A stretch of DNA of 64,000 nucleotides from an uncultured Candidatus Saccharibacteria bacterium (GCA_964642155.1 CAZXNT010000003.1:899-64898); one strand, 5' to 3'. Shown: positions 27,943 to 37,376, numbered from the stretch's first letter. A program made the numbers and translations. Notes: a model not told the origin generated them from the letters alone.

Positions 27943-28833
27943 TTAATTTTGAACATTTAACAATTTTTGTTTAAGTTTATGCGTATTTCCGTATTTTAAC
28001 AACCCCAAATAAGAATTAATTGATTCTATTTTCGCGTCTGCGGTTATTTTTCTAAACATTCTTCTCTTTGTAGTTGTTCTCAAAACCCTATTATGCGGAA
28101 AATTTACCCAACCGAGAAAATCGACGCCCGAATCGAACGTTTTTATGGAAACCTTATCAGGATGAAGCGAGAGTTTTAATTGTATTTCTAAAAATTTGGA
28201 TATTTTAGAGATAAGATTTTCCAAATAATTTTTATTTTCCGAAAAAATTACAAAGTCGTCGGCATAACGGATATAATAACGAATTTTTAATTCTCTTTTA
28301 ATAAAATGATCAAATTTATTCATATAAACATTTACAAAAAGCTGGCTAGTGAGATTGCCAAGCGGAAGTCCGACACCAATTTTTCCTTCGGTATTAAAAC
28401 TATCTATAATCTGCGAAAGAAGCCATAAAATATCTTTATCCTTAATATGTTTCACCAAAATATTTTTTAATATTTCGTGGTCAATACTCGCAAAAAACTT
28501 TCTGATGTCGCATTTTAAAATCCAACATGTTTTGGTGTTGTTTTCGTTTGTAATACGCGCTAATTTTCTGAATCTGTTAATCGCCTTGTGTGTACCTTTT
28601 CTTAATCGGCAAGAAAAAGAGTCCGCTATGAATTTTTTGTCAAAATACGGATATAAAATACTATAAATAGCGCGATGAACAAGCCGGTCGCGAACACTTG
28701 CTTTATGAATATCTCTCGGTTTCGGGTCGTTAATTTTAAACGCTTCGTACCCTCCGTGTTGATACGATTTTCCCGCCAATTCCCGATGAAGCGATAAAAT
28801 ATTATCCAAAAAATGCAACGAAAATTCCGCCAC
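27943..28833 (-). CDS. diversity-generating retroelement (DGR) reverse transcriptase, main body
   Basis: RT motifs PRDIHKASVRDRLV, DGR-specific LPLGNLTSQLF (I/LGxxxSQ) and YADD (RYADDFVIF). About 300 aa with no maturase or endonuclease. The N-terminal LENLLVSWREFLRGKRK segment lies upstream of an in-frame TGA at 28840..28842 (ORF 28840..29022). Confidence 0.8.
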   Translation of the reverse strand: MAEFSLHFLDNILSLHRELAGKSYQHGGYEAFKINDPKPRDIHKASVRDRLVHRAIYSILYPYFDKKFIADSFSCRLRKGTHKAINRFRKLARITNENNTKTCWILKCDIRKFFASIDHEILKNILVKHIKDKDILWLLSQIIDSFNTEGKIGVGLPLGNLTSQLFVNVYMNKFDHFIKRELKIRYYIRYADDFVIFSENKNYLENLISKISKFLEIQLKLSLHPDKVSIKTFDSGVDFLGWVNFPHNRVLRTTTKRRMFRKITADAKIESINSYLGLLKYGNTHKLKQKLLNVQN

Positions 28834-28914
28834 ATCTTTTCATTTTCTTTTCCCGCGCAAAAACTCCCGCCACGATACAAGTAAATTCTCCAAAGATATG
28901 ATATTATTAAAAGT

Positions 28915-29313
28915 ATGACGAAGCCGTCTTACTCTCTCTCTCTCTCTCTCGGGAACGCATCCATCCTTCAGCGAATCAAAGAGGGATACTTGATTTGGGT
29001 TAATATTGTTCCGCATATTCAAAGAAGTAGTCGCTACACAATCGGCGCGCGAATTGAAAATAAGTTTCTTGATTTGCTGGAATTGTCATATATCGCCTAT
29101 TTTACGGAAAAAGAAAGGAAAATTGAAGAGATTAAAAAATGTATTTTAACTCTTGATACTCTCAAATTTTTAATCTCCATTGCTTGGGAAGCGAAAATCA
29201 TTTCCAATAAACAGTATGAAGAAGTCGCAGTTAAACTGAATGAAATCGGAAAAATGTTCGGCGGATGGAAAAACAGCTTAAAAAATCCGGAAAAGAAAAA
29301 CCGCGCTTTGTAA
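28915..29313 (+). CDS. Avd-like accessory protein (four-helix-bundle / 23S rRNA intervening-sequence protein family), opposite strand
   Basis: 132 aa. C-terminal LNEIGKMFGGWKNSL resembles Bordetella bAvd EVGRILGSWI. The (CT)9 tract falls at codons 6-12. Confidence 0.55.
   Translation: MTKPSYSLSLSLGNASILQRIKEGYLIWVNIVPHIQRSSRYTIGARIENKFLDLLELSYIAYFTEKERKIEEIKKCILTLDTLKFLISIAWEAKIISNKQYEEVAVKLNEIGKMFGGWKNSLKNPEKKNRAL
28932..28950. repeat. (CT)9C dinucleotide microsatellite
   Basis: ctctctctctctctctctc seen directly. Encodes SLSLSL in avd and ERERER in the upstream RT frame. Confidence 0.9.
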
Positions 29314-29332
29314 ACGCGGAAAAGGATTGACT

Positions 29333-29465
29333 TTCGGAGACGGAAAACGAACTTGTTGTTGTCATTCCACCTGTTCGAGGGCTTGGCATTGTTGTCGTTA
29401 AGCCACAAGCCATCATCATTCCTGTTGAGGTTGAACACGTTCGGATTGCCATCGCGGGCGGTTAT
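29333..29465 (-). repeat. DGR template repeat (TR)
   Basis: ~133 bp. About 97 percent identical to the VR except at adenines (minus-strand sense). Rich in AAY codons. Confidence 0.8.
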
Positions 29466-29781
29466 GTATGCCACGCCATCCAAACCACTGCCTATTTAGT
29501 CCGTTAAAACGGAAGAAATTGGGCTGTATTTTACTCGGCATCTTCAATGCCCCAGCGCCGCACACTAAGTTAATTTCTTTTTTTAGACAAAATATACACC
29601 ACTCTGTAAGAAGCCGTAACCGCTTACATTCTCGATTTATACTTGCCAGAAAGGTTTCAAAAAGCCGTAGCCGTTTAATACAACCAATCCGTAATAATTG
29701 TATCAAAAAAATCGGAAAAAATTAAAAGAATCAAAGGATCTAAGTGTTAAAGAATCAAAAAATTATAAAAAAATAAAATTT

Positions 29782-31587
29782 CTAAGTTTTTAACTTGCGG
29801 AGACGGAAAACGAACCTGCGGTTGCCACTCCACCTGAGCGAGGGCCTGGCAATGTCGTCGTGAAGCCACAAGCCAACAGCACCCCTGAGGAGGTAGAACA
29901 CGTACGGAAAGCCATCGCGGGCGGTAATTTGCTTCATGGCGATTAATATGTAATCAGGAGTGGAATTTTGGAGGCGGAGGTTGGGGCCGGTGTCTTGCGG
30001 GCAAAGTTCCAGACCGAGTTCTTCGGATCTTTGGTAGATTTCATCAGTGGTGGCGCCGTTGGGAAAGCCGAGGTCTTTAACGGTTAAGCGAACGAGATTG
30101 AGATGTTCTTTTTTTGAGACGGTGATTTTTTTCAGCATATCCATAGCATAATCGGAGATCTTGATGTTTTTTTCTCTCAGCTCTTTTTCCAGCTGGCTTC
30201 CGTCTTTTCCCTCCAGTTCCGCTTCCATTTTCTTTACCATTCCTTCAGGAAAAGAAGTGCCGATATGTTCCAAGTTTAATTGGAATACGCCCTTGAAGAG
30301 AGGGCCGATGTAGGCCTTGGTGTTTTTGCTGATTTCTTTTTGATTGAAAACGATTTGATTTGGTTCGCATTCAAAGACAATCGGCGCGTCTTCTTGGGGA
30401 TTTCTGGCTTTGATGATTTCGGTAATGCGGGGGTCTCTTTGATAGCCGAAACCTTCTATTGGTTCGTTGATTTCATAAAGGAAGATGAGGTCTTCTTTGG
30501 TGAGCGGTTCTTTCTTTTTGGTTTTGTTGTCTATGGCGGTGAGGAACTTCATGTCGGCGGATTTTTTCTCATACGCCTTGCCGTCGGGAAATTCGGAAAG
30601 TTTGTTTTTAACAACATCATTGATATGCGGATCAAGATTTTGTTCGTGGGCAATGCCACGGATTTCGGCGATGTCCCCGCCCTGCATTCTGATGGCGGCT
30701 CTGGGAATATTCGGCTTTCCGTTTTCGTCGTAAGAGTAGTAGACGTAAAAATCTCCGGCCTGAAGCTGCGCCTCAGCTGTTGATTCTCCGGCCGTGCACC
30801 AGCCAGTGCCATGCCCTTGAAGAGAATTGACGAGAGGCATATGGTCTTTTCCTTGGCGATATTTTACCCATTCGCCTTTAGTATTAGCGAGAACTTCCTC
30901 GGAAGCCAGAGTGACTTTATCTATGGCGAAGGCGTAGAGCTTGGCGAAGTTTTCTCCTTGGAGAAGTTTTTGGAATTCGGGGTCTTGTGGCTGGATTTTT
31001 CTTTGATATTTCTTTTCAATGGCGTCAAGAACATAAGCCAGCGCCTCGCGATTGATATCGGGAAAAGGTTTGGTTGTGCCTTTGGAGCGTTTAGTAAATT
31101 GTTTCTTTTCTTTGTCGTAGTCGCCCATGTCGAGAATACTGCGGAAAGCGTAATATTTCAGCCAATCGGGATAGATGGCGTCATTTGAGGAAAGATAATC
31201 AATCCAGTTATCAAGCGAACTTTTTTGGTCGGTGATTATAACTTCGGTTAATTGCTTCCGCATTTCTTCGGATATTTCAATCTCGCCATAGCCTTGTTCG
31301 CGGGCGAGACGCCTTTGATTTTCAAAATATGCTTCGGGGACTTCTTCTTCTTTTATTACGAATTTATCGTGAAGAATGTGTTTTAACGCTTCAACGCCCC
31401 GCTCGCGCTTAGCCGGCTCTTTGCGCTCGATAATTTCCGTAAAGCGATCCAGATAGTTTTGGATTTTGGTTTCGGGGTCTTGCGGAACTTTTTCGCCTGT
31501 GCGTTTTTCTGTACGCTTCGTCGCCGACTCCACTTCCGGAGCGTTATGCAAATCGTATTTCTTTTTGAGAAAGTCTGGTTGTTCCAT
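29782..31587 (-). CDS. DGR target protein with C-terminal variable repeat (CLec/FGE-like C-terminus), no obvious signal peptide
   Basis: C-terminus ITARDGFPYVFYLLRGAVGLWLHDDIARPSLRWSGNRRFVFRLRK aligns to the TR-encoded ITARDGNPNVFNLNRNDDGLWLNDNNAKPSNRWNDNNKFVFRLRK. Confidence 0.8.
   Translation of the reverse strand: MEQPDFLKKKYDLHNAPEVESATKRTEKRTGEKVPQDPETKIQNYLDRFTEIIERKEPAKRERGVEALKHILHDKFVIKEEEVPEAYFENQRRLAREQGYGEIEISEEMRKQLTEVIITDQKSSLDNWIDYLSSNDAIYPDWLKYYAFRSILDMGDYDKEKKQFTKRSKGTTKPFPDINREALAYVLDAIEKKYQRKIQPQDPEFQKLLQGENFAKLYAFAIDKVTLASEEVLANTKGEWVKYRQGKDHMPLVNSLQGHGTGWCTAGESTAEAQLQAGDFYVYYSYDENGKPNIPRAAIRMQGGDIAEIRGIAHEQNLDPHINDVVKNKLSEFPDGKAYEKKSADMKFLTAIDNKTKKKEPLTKEDLIFLYEINEPIEGFGYQRDPRITEIIKARNPQEDAPIVFECEPNQIVFNQKEISKNTKAYIGPLFKGVFQLNLEHIGTSFPEGMVKKMEAELEGKDGSQLEKELREKNIKISDYAMDMLKKITVSKKEHLNLVRLTVKDLGFPNGATTDEIYQRSEELGLELCPQDTGPNLRLQNSTPDYILIAMKQITARDGFPYVFYLLRGAVGLWLHDDIARPSLRWSGNRRFVFRLRKLKT
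29794..29928 (-). repeat. DGR variable repeat (VR) at 3' end of target gene
   Basis: About 22 substitutions relative to TR, every one at a TR adenine. Confidence 0.8.
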
Positions 31588-31649
31588 ATTGTTATTTTAT
31601 TACATAAAATTTACTATTTGTCAAACACAAAAATTCGGCACCTAAAATT

Positions 31650-32231
31650 TTATCCGCAAAGTTCCCTGATTATTTCATCAACCCGATTATGAAGTTCTTC
31701 AATCGAACCGTTGTTATCAATAATATAATCGGCGTTGTTTCTTAACCCTTTAATCTGAATCTCTGATTCTTGTTCAAGTTCTTTTTTAAATTGTTCAAAA
31801 GTTTTTGTATTATCGTCTGAATTTTCGCCACGAACTGAAATTCTTTTATATCTTTTCTCGACATCCGCCTCAATATAAATAAGCTTAAACCCCGGAAGGT
31901 CTTTTAAAAATTTTATATCCGACAATCTTCTTACGCCATCTATCACCAATATTTCATCTTCGCTGTTTTTCGCTTCTTTCGCTATGACCAACGACAAAAT
32001 ATCTTGGCCGAAATTATCACGCAATAAAGTAGAAAGTTTTTGCAAATTTTCGCGCGTCTCTCCCAAATAAAGCCTGTTTAAAATATCCCTGAGAATTGTT
32101 GAAAATCTAAAATTCTTACCATTATGATTTTTAACGATAAAATCCGTAACCGTTCCTTTGCCGCTCGCCATTTCGCCGGCTAATCCAAGAATTATTTTAT
32201 TCTTACATATCGTCATATTTCTGAATTTCAT
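31650..32231 (-). CDS. deoxynucleoside monophosphate kinase-like P-loop kinase (T4 gp1-like)
   Basis: GLAGEMASGKGTVTDFI and C-terminal IDNNGSIEELHNRV align to T4 dNMP kinase LSGVKRSGKDTTADFI ... ITNDGSLEELFSKI (from memory). Confidence 0.5.
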   Translation of the reverse strand: MKFRNMTICKNKIILGLAGEMASGKGTVTDFIVKNHNGKNFRFSTILRDILNRLYLGETRENLQKLSTLLRDNFGQDILSLVIAKEAKNSEDEILVIDGVRRLSDIKFLKDLPGFKLIYIEADVEKRYKRISVRGENSDDNTKTFEQFKKELEQESEIQIKGLRNNADYIIDNNGSIEELHNRVDEIIRELCG

Positions 32232-32709
32232 TATTTACCAAAACATACTCAACTTCCGCTTCCTTAAAAATTTCCTTGCTTCTTCCGCCAGCATGATAAT
32301 CCTTGGCGCAAACCACTTTTTTTATTCCTGAATTAATAATCATTTTCGCGCACGTATAACATGGAGTCATATTGCAATATAAAGTCGCGCCGTTAAGCGC
32401 CACTCCGAATCGCGCCGAATTAGCAATGGCATTTTGTTCCGCGTGGGCAGTCCTGATACAATGACGGGTTTGTGTCCCGTCCTCATGAATAACCGAATGC
32501 ATTTCATGCCCGGCATCATCGCAATGTTTCGCTCCAATCGGAGAACCGACATAACCGGTAGTCAAAATTCTTTTATCTTTAACAATAACGCAACCGGCTC
32601 TTCCTCTATCGCAAGTCGCGCGAGTGCTGATTACTTGAATAAGATTTAAAAAATATTCATCCCAAGAAGGACGCTGATGTTTTGTATCCATATTGATATA
32701 ATAAAACAA
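32203..32709 (-). CDS. dCMP deaminase (CMP/dCMP deaminase zinc-binding family)
   Basis: HAEQNAI and PCYTCAKMI zinc-binding motifs. Confidence 0.85.
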   Translation of the reverse strand: MFYYINMDTKHQRPSWDEYFLNLIQVISTRATCDRGRAGCVIVKDKRILTTGYVGSPIGAKHCDDAGHEMHSVIHEDGTQTRHCIRTAHAEQNAIANSARFGVALNGATLYCNMTPCYTCAKMIINSGIKKVVCAKDYHAGGRSKEIFKEAEVEYVLVNNEIQKYDDM

Positions 32710-32730
32710 ATAATAACTATTTTCAATAAA

Positions 32731-34233
32731 TTAAAAATCAAGTGATTTATCTTGAACATAAGACAAACCTTTTTTCAGCGCTATTTCCGCTTTTTGAAGT
32801 TCTGCGCCAACATCAAGCAAATGGTCCGGCCGGCTCAAAATCTCCAATTGAGCGATTTTTTTCATTATTTCCTTGGCGGTTTTAGCGTTAAAGCTCAATA
32901 ACTCCTCTCCTTGCGGTCCCTGAAAAACAGCCGAGATTTCTTCATTCTTCACATTAATCACCAGATATCCCCTTGGGTCTCTTTGAGTTTTCTCATCAAA
33001 AATCAAATTTGGCTCCCTTTCCCAAAACGCGCACTTCACCAATTGAGAAGCATTATTCCAATCTTGCTCATAAATATGAGCTGATTCAGAAGTAATTTTA
33101 AGTTGTCCCAATTCAAAACCCAATTCCTGACTTACCTTTTTTTGCAAAGTCCGCAAACCAAAAGCATTCGGAATCGCGCCCTTGAAAATATCATGGCTTC
33201 TAACCGTCGCTAAAAAATGAAGCTTGCCATTGCTTTGAAGCGCCTGTATCTGAGTGATGCATGGTGACTCTTTTGAAAAAGCATCAATTTCCGGCACCAA
33301 TGTTGTCGCCACGGCGCGCCGTGAATCCGGAGAATCTCTAAGCTGTTTAATAATTACCTCTTTAATCTGATCCAAATTTCCATCACTTAGAGGATATTTC
33401 ATCAAACGATTTCCATAAGTATAAGAGATTCCGGCGGGCGGTTCTGGCGATAAAAAAACCGAATAGTATTCTTTAAGGTCTTTTTCAATCGCACCCGTAA
33501 CTTTTTGCAATTCTTCCGGCCATTCTAAGACCAATGACAAGTCCGGTTCATCCGGGTCTTCATCACTTATCACCCAAGTTACTCCAATCAATTCCCTTTG
33601 TTGATAACCATATTGTGTTCCTTTAATCAAACCGTATCTCATAATTCTTTCAACCACTCTTAACCATGCTTCAACGATTGTTTTCCCGCGCACCAACCAA
33701 CCGACTTCTTCCGAAGGAAATGTTTCCACCTCTTCTAAAATAGCGTCAGAAAATTTTATTGGCTCCATATATGATTCGCCGGCTATCTTTGTATCTTTAA
33801 TATATTTTTCCGCTTCTTCAAATGAAAGATGGCTTATGTCAATCAACTCAACGTTACTGATAATCTTTTTCACAATTTCTATATCAATTTCTTTTTCCAG
33901 TTTGAATTTTGTGCCCTTTACGAAACCGTCAGAATCAATACCTTCTTTCCAGATTTTTTCAATTAACGATTTTCCCATTAAACCGAATTGAGTGTTGGAA
34001 AGCCCGCCGTTGCCCCAGATAAAAAATTTTCTAATCTGAGGATTTAAGGCCAAGTTGCGGAAAATTACATTAACTCCGGAACGACTATAAAGCGTGCCCA
34101 AAATTGCGGTTTTTTCCTGCAAAACTTTGGATTTATTAAAAACCGCCTCAGCTTCATTCCAAATAGTGCAAAAGCCTAAAGATTTCCCGCTTCCTAAAAA
34201 CACTTTGTATTTTTCCGGCTGATAAAGATTCAT
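32731..34233 (-). CDS. thymidylate synthase (ThyA)-fold protein with ~190-aa N-terminal and ~120-aa C-terminal extensions
   Basis: Core RRAVATTLVP...SPCITQIQALQ...LHFLATVRSHDIFKGAIPNAFG...SESAHIY matches the ThyA/dCMP-hydroxymethylase catalytic Cys-Pro and R..D motifs. At 500 aa it is about twice canonical length. Confidence 0.55.
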   Translation of the reverse strand: MNLYQPEKYKVFLGSGKSLGFCTIWNEAEAVFNKSKVLQEKTAILGTLYSRSGVNVIFRNLALNPQIRKFFIWGNGGLSNTQFGLMGKSLIEKIWKEGIDSDGFVKGTKFKLEKEIDIEIVKKIISNVELIDISHLSFEEAEKYIKDTKIAGESYMEPIKFSDAILEEVETFPSEEVGWLVRGKTIVEAWLRVVERIMRYGLIKGTQYGYQQRELIGVTWVISDEDPDEPDLSLVLEWPEELQKVTGAIEKDLKEYYSVFLSPEPPAGISYTYGNRLMKYPLSDGNLDQIKEVIIKQLRDSPDSRRAVATTLVPEIDAFSKESPCITQIQALQSNGKLHFLATVRSHDIFKGAIPNAFGLRTLQKKVSQELGFELGQLKITSESAHIYEQDWNNASQLVKCAFWEREPNLIFDEKTQRDPRGYLVINVKNEEISAVFQGPQGEELLSFNAKTAKEIMKKIAQLEILSRPDHLLDVGAELQKAEIALKKGLSYVQDKSLDF

Positions 34234-34847
34234 AAATTTTTCTCCACCTCCTTTTTTATAGATTCAAAAACTTTTACTATCGACCTATTGCCGTCAATGA
34301 TAATTATTTTTTCGTCCGGTAAAACCTCCGGAAGCATAAGAAAATTACGGCGCGCCTCTTCTTGAAATTCTTTTTGTTCAAAAACTTCTTTATGAGATCT
34401 ATTGCTGTCTTTTACAACGCGTTCAAGAGCCACATCAACCGGCGTATCAATAATTATCGCTAAATCCGGCGCTAAAATTCCTTTGTGCATTTCAAAAATT
34501 TTTTCAAAAGAGACTCCTTGAATTTTCTGATAAACCAACGTTACATATTTATACCTGTCGCAAACAACATGAATGCCGCTATTCAAAAAATCGCCAATTA
34601 ATTCCACGTGAACCTTTCTGTCTTTAACAAATAATTCCGCTAAAAGTTCGGCATTATCTTTAGGATTAATGCCTTCTTTTAAAAGCCGCCTTATTTCCGC
34701 GTAATATTCGCTATTATACGGCTCTCTGGTTAAAAAAATATGGTTTTTCTTATCACTGTCAAAAATAAAATCCACTAGTAATTTTATTTGCGTTCCCTTG
34801 CCACAACCGTCAATTCCGTCTATTACTATAAATTTTCCTTTTTTCAT
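34230..34847 (-). CDS. tmk: thymidylate kinase
   Basis: FIVIDGIDGCGKGTQ P-loop and DRY-like motif. Confidence 0.85.
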   Translation of the reverse strand: MKKGKFIVIDGIDGCGKGTQIKLLVDFIFDSDKKNHIFLTREPYNSEYYAEIRRLLKEGINPKDNAELLAELFVKDRKVHVELIGDFLNSGIHVVCDRYKYVTLVYQKIQGVSFEKIFEMHKGILAPDLAIIIDTPVDVALERVVKDSNRSHKEVFEQKEFQEEARRNFLMLPEVLPDEKIIIIDGNRSIVKVFESIKKEVEKNL

Positions 34848-36067
34848 ATTTTTTGAATTTCCAAAATTCTGTTATATTTCGCCAATCTTTCCGGTTTTGC
34901 CGGCGCGCCGGCTTTAATGCCCCAAGCGTTAATGGCAACGCTTAAATCCGCGATAAAATCGTCCATTGTTTCGCCACTCCGATGGCTCACCACCGCCTGC
35001 CAATTATTTTCATAAGCCATTTTTACGACATTTAATGTTTCCGTAAGCGTGCCGATTTGATTCGGTTTTATTAAAATCGCATTGCCGGATTTTTTCTCTA
35101 TCGCGGTTTTTAGACGTTCAGAATTGGTAGTCGTCAAATCATCCGTGATAATTAAAAAATCGTCCGCTGCTATCCTATGGGATAGCACGGAAAAATCATT
35201 AAAAGATTCTTCATAAAACGGGTCTTCAATTGAAATAATATTATAAGCGTCAATCAGTTTTAAATAATAATCTTTCAATTCCTCTGCTGAATATTTCTTG
35301 CCGTTTATTAAATAATATCCATCTTTACCCTCCTTCGCTAAAGCTTCGGCGGGCACGTAAAATTGAGTTGCCGCAACGTCTAACCCAATTTTTAATGGGT
35401 ATTTATATTTTTCAATCAAATCCGCCAAAATTTCAAGCGCCTCTTCATTATTTCTGAACGGCGCGGAAAATCCGGCCTCGTCGCCCAAAAAAATATTTTC
35501 CTTGCCGAATTTATTTTCCAAAAATTCTTGTAATTTGCGATAAAATTCTTTGCCAATGCTTAAGGCGATGCCGAAATCATCCACCGTTGGTATAACTTGA
35601 AATTCCTGAAACTCAAGCTTATTTTGAGCATGCGCCCCGCCATTGATAACGTTGAAAATCGGCTTTGGTGTTCCTAATTTCTGATTATTAATTCCTAATT
35701 CCTTATTTATATATTGGAAAAGTTCCTTCCCCTCACTTTTTGTTTTCAATCGCGCGAAGGCCAAGGACAAAGATAAAATCAAATTACCGCCCAAACTGCT
35801 TTTATTTTCCGTGCCGTCCAAAGAAATTAAAAAATTGTCGAATTCTTTCTGGCTTTGAAAATCTTTTTCCAATATCTTATTTCTAATTTCTTCAAATTTT
35901 TCTAACGCCTTTTTCGGTTCCAAAACGAATGCTTCGTGCGCACCCGTGCTTTTTCCGGCCGGCACGCTGGCAATTGCCGAAAATTCGCCGCTTTTCAATT
36001 CCGCTTCTAAAGTTTCTTTACCGCGAGAATCTAAAATGATTTTTAAATTGACATTAATAATTTTCAT
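34844..36067 (-). CDS. eno: enolase
   Basis: IILDSRGKETLEAEL..., catalytic residues, ~407 aa from the internal Met. The track ORF extends to 36103. Confidence 0.9.
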   Translation of the reverse strand: MKIINVNLKIILDSRGKETLEAELKSGEFSAIASVPAGKSTGAHEAFVLEPKKALEKFEEIRNKILEKDFQSQKEFDNFLISLDGTENKSSLGGNLILSLSLAFARLKTKSEGKELFQYINKELGINNQKLGTPKPIFNVINGGAHAQNKLEFQEFQVIPTVDDFGIALSIGKEFYRKLQEFLENKFGKENIFLGDEAGFSAPFRNNEEALEILADLIEKYKYPLKIGLDVAATQFYVPAEALAKEGKDGYYLINGKKYSAEELKDYYLKLIDAYNIISIEDPFYEESFNDFSVLSHRIAADDFLIITDDLTTTNSERLKTAIEKKSGNAILIKPNQIGTLTETLNVVKMAYENNWQAVVSHRSGETMDDFIADLSVAINAWGIKAGAPAKPERLAKYNRILEIQKI

Positions 36068-36090
36068 TTCTAATTCTAAATCCAAATAAA

Positions 36091-36124
36091 AACATTCTAA
36101 CATTCTTGAGAATGTTAGAATGTT
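36091..36124. promoter_or_regulatory. 16-2-16 palindrome AACATTCTAACATTCT-TG-AGAATGTTAGAATGTT
   Basis: Seen directly. Overlaps the stop of the ArsR gene and lies upstream of eno. Confidence 0.45.
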
Positions 36125-36381
36125 TTTATAAAACTTATAAATCTTTTGCCGTAAGGCGAAAGTGTGTGAATTACTTGCCTGCCTTTGTATTTTTTATTTA
36201 AAAGCCCGGCTTGAACTAACCGCCTGGTATGTTGAGATATTGTCTTAAAATTACAACCTAAATCCTTAGATATTCCGTCTAAGGAAACGCCCTCTAATCT
36301 ATTTACTAACAATAAAATTTCAATCCTCCTATGGTTAGCCGCGCCCTTAAAATACCTTTCCAGTTGTTTTGCCGTTTTCAT
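36115..36381 (-). CDS. ArsR-family winged-HTH regulator (paralog B)
   Basis: ANHRRIEILLLV ... CNFKTISQHTRRLVQAGLL. Confidence 0.75.
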   Translation of the reverse strand: MKTAKQLERYFKGAANHRRIEILLLVNRLEGVSLDGISKDLGCNFKTISQHTRRLVQAGLLNKKYKGRQVIHTLSPYGKRFISFIKTF

Positions 36382-36410
36382 ATTTTTATTTTTATATTTT
36401 ATATACTATC

Positions 36411-36450
36411 ACAACATTCTAACATTCTCAAGAATGTTAGAATGTTGTGT
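36411..36450. promoter_or_regulatory. 19-2-19 palindrome CACAACATTCTAACATTCT-CA-AGAATGTTAGAATGTTGTG upstream of ArsR-B
   Basis: Seen directly. Inverse orientation of the 36091 copy. Confidence 0.45.
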
Positions 36451-36695
36451 ATTGAAATTCAATCATTAATTATTTGTGTAATGTTCTCAGTTTTATGGCC
36501 GTATTAAAATCTCCCCCGATTGATTGCTTTATAATATCTGTCTTTTTGGTATCCCGCTTTTTCCATTTTTTGGTTGGCTTGCATAAACCGCAAGTAGATT
36601 TTTTTTTCGCATATTTTTTTAATTAAATAATTTTATTTTAAATCAATTCTTCTTTTATAATTTCAAAAATTTTCTGGTGGCTCTATAATTTTGAA

Positions 36696-37376
36696 TCAAA
36701 ATGTCTTTAAGATAAAATCTTTAACCTTCCGGAAAATGTATTCGTGACCCTCATCATTAGGATGCACCCCGTCAGCAAGCATCTTTTTATAATCAATCTT
36801 CCGCCACGCTTCAAAAATATGAATTACTTTTGCGCCATTTTTTCTTGCCACTTTATTAAGCATTTTATTAAAGTGCGTAATTTTTTTATTATCGTAAAAA
36901 CATTTTTTGTTCCAAATAACGGGTTTTGTAAATCTTTCGTCAACCGGTGCGACTTCCAAAAAGAATATTTTATTGGAAAATCTTTTAGCTCGTTTAATTA
37001 TTTCATCAATATTTCTTTCTGATTCTTTTATATTTAGAAAGGCTGTGTCATTTTTGCCTATTTGAAAGATAAATATTTCTTCGGTGGTGTTCCAAACCAT
37101 TCTTTTTTTTGCTTCAAATTCAAATCTTTCTAAAATTCTCTTGGTTGTATCGTCAGTTATACCAAGAGGATAAACCATATAATAAAAACTGTGCTTGGGA
37201 AACTTAGGAGATATTGTCATCCATTCATCAAAATATTGCTTTAATCTTGTAGCCCAACCTCCTTTACTATCCCAAAACCCTTGAGTATTACTATCGCCAA
37301 AAATGAAAAAGTCCTTTTCAGAATTTCCCTTTAATTTCCTTATTTCTTTCGTTTGCGCGGTAGTTTTAATAGTCAC
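36696..37376 (-). CDS. SGNH/GDSL hydrolase family protein
   Basis: FIFGDSNT block I, DGVHPNDEGH block V. Confidence 0.7.
   Translation of the reverse strand: MTIKTTAQTKEIRKLKGNSEKDFFIFGDSNTQGFWDSKGGWATRLKQYFDEWMTISPKFPKHSFYYMVYPLGITDDTTKRILERFEFEAKKRMVWNTTEEIFIFQIGKNDTAFLNIKESERNIDEIIKRAKRFSNKIFFLEVAPVDERFTKPVIWNKKCFYDNKKITHFNKMLNKVARKNGAKVIHIFEAWRKIDYKKMLADGVHPNDEGHEYIFRKVKDFILKTF

Noticed and set aside
29097-29483. 128-aa minus-strand ORF
   Set aside because: It spans the DGR template repeat. Its Asn-rich translation is a by-product of TR adenine richness, not a gene.
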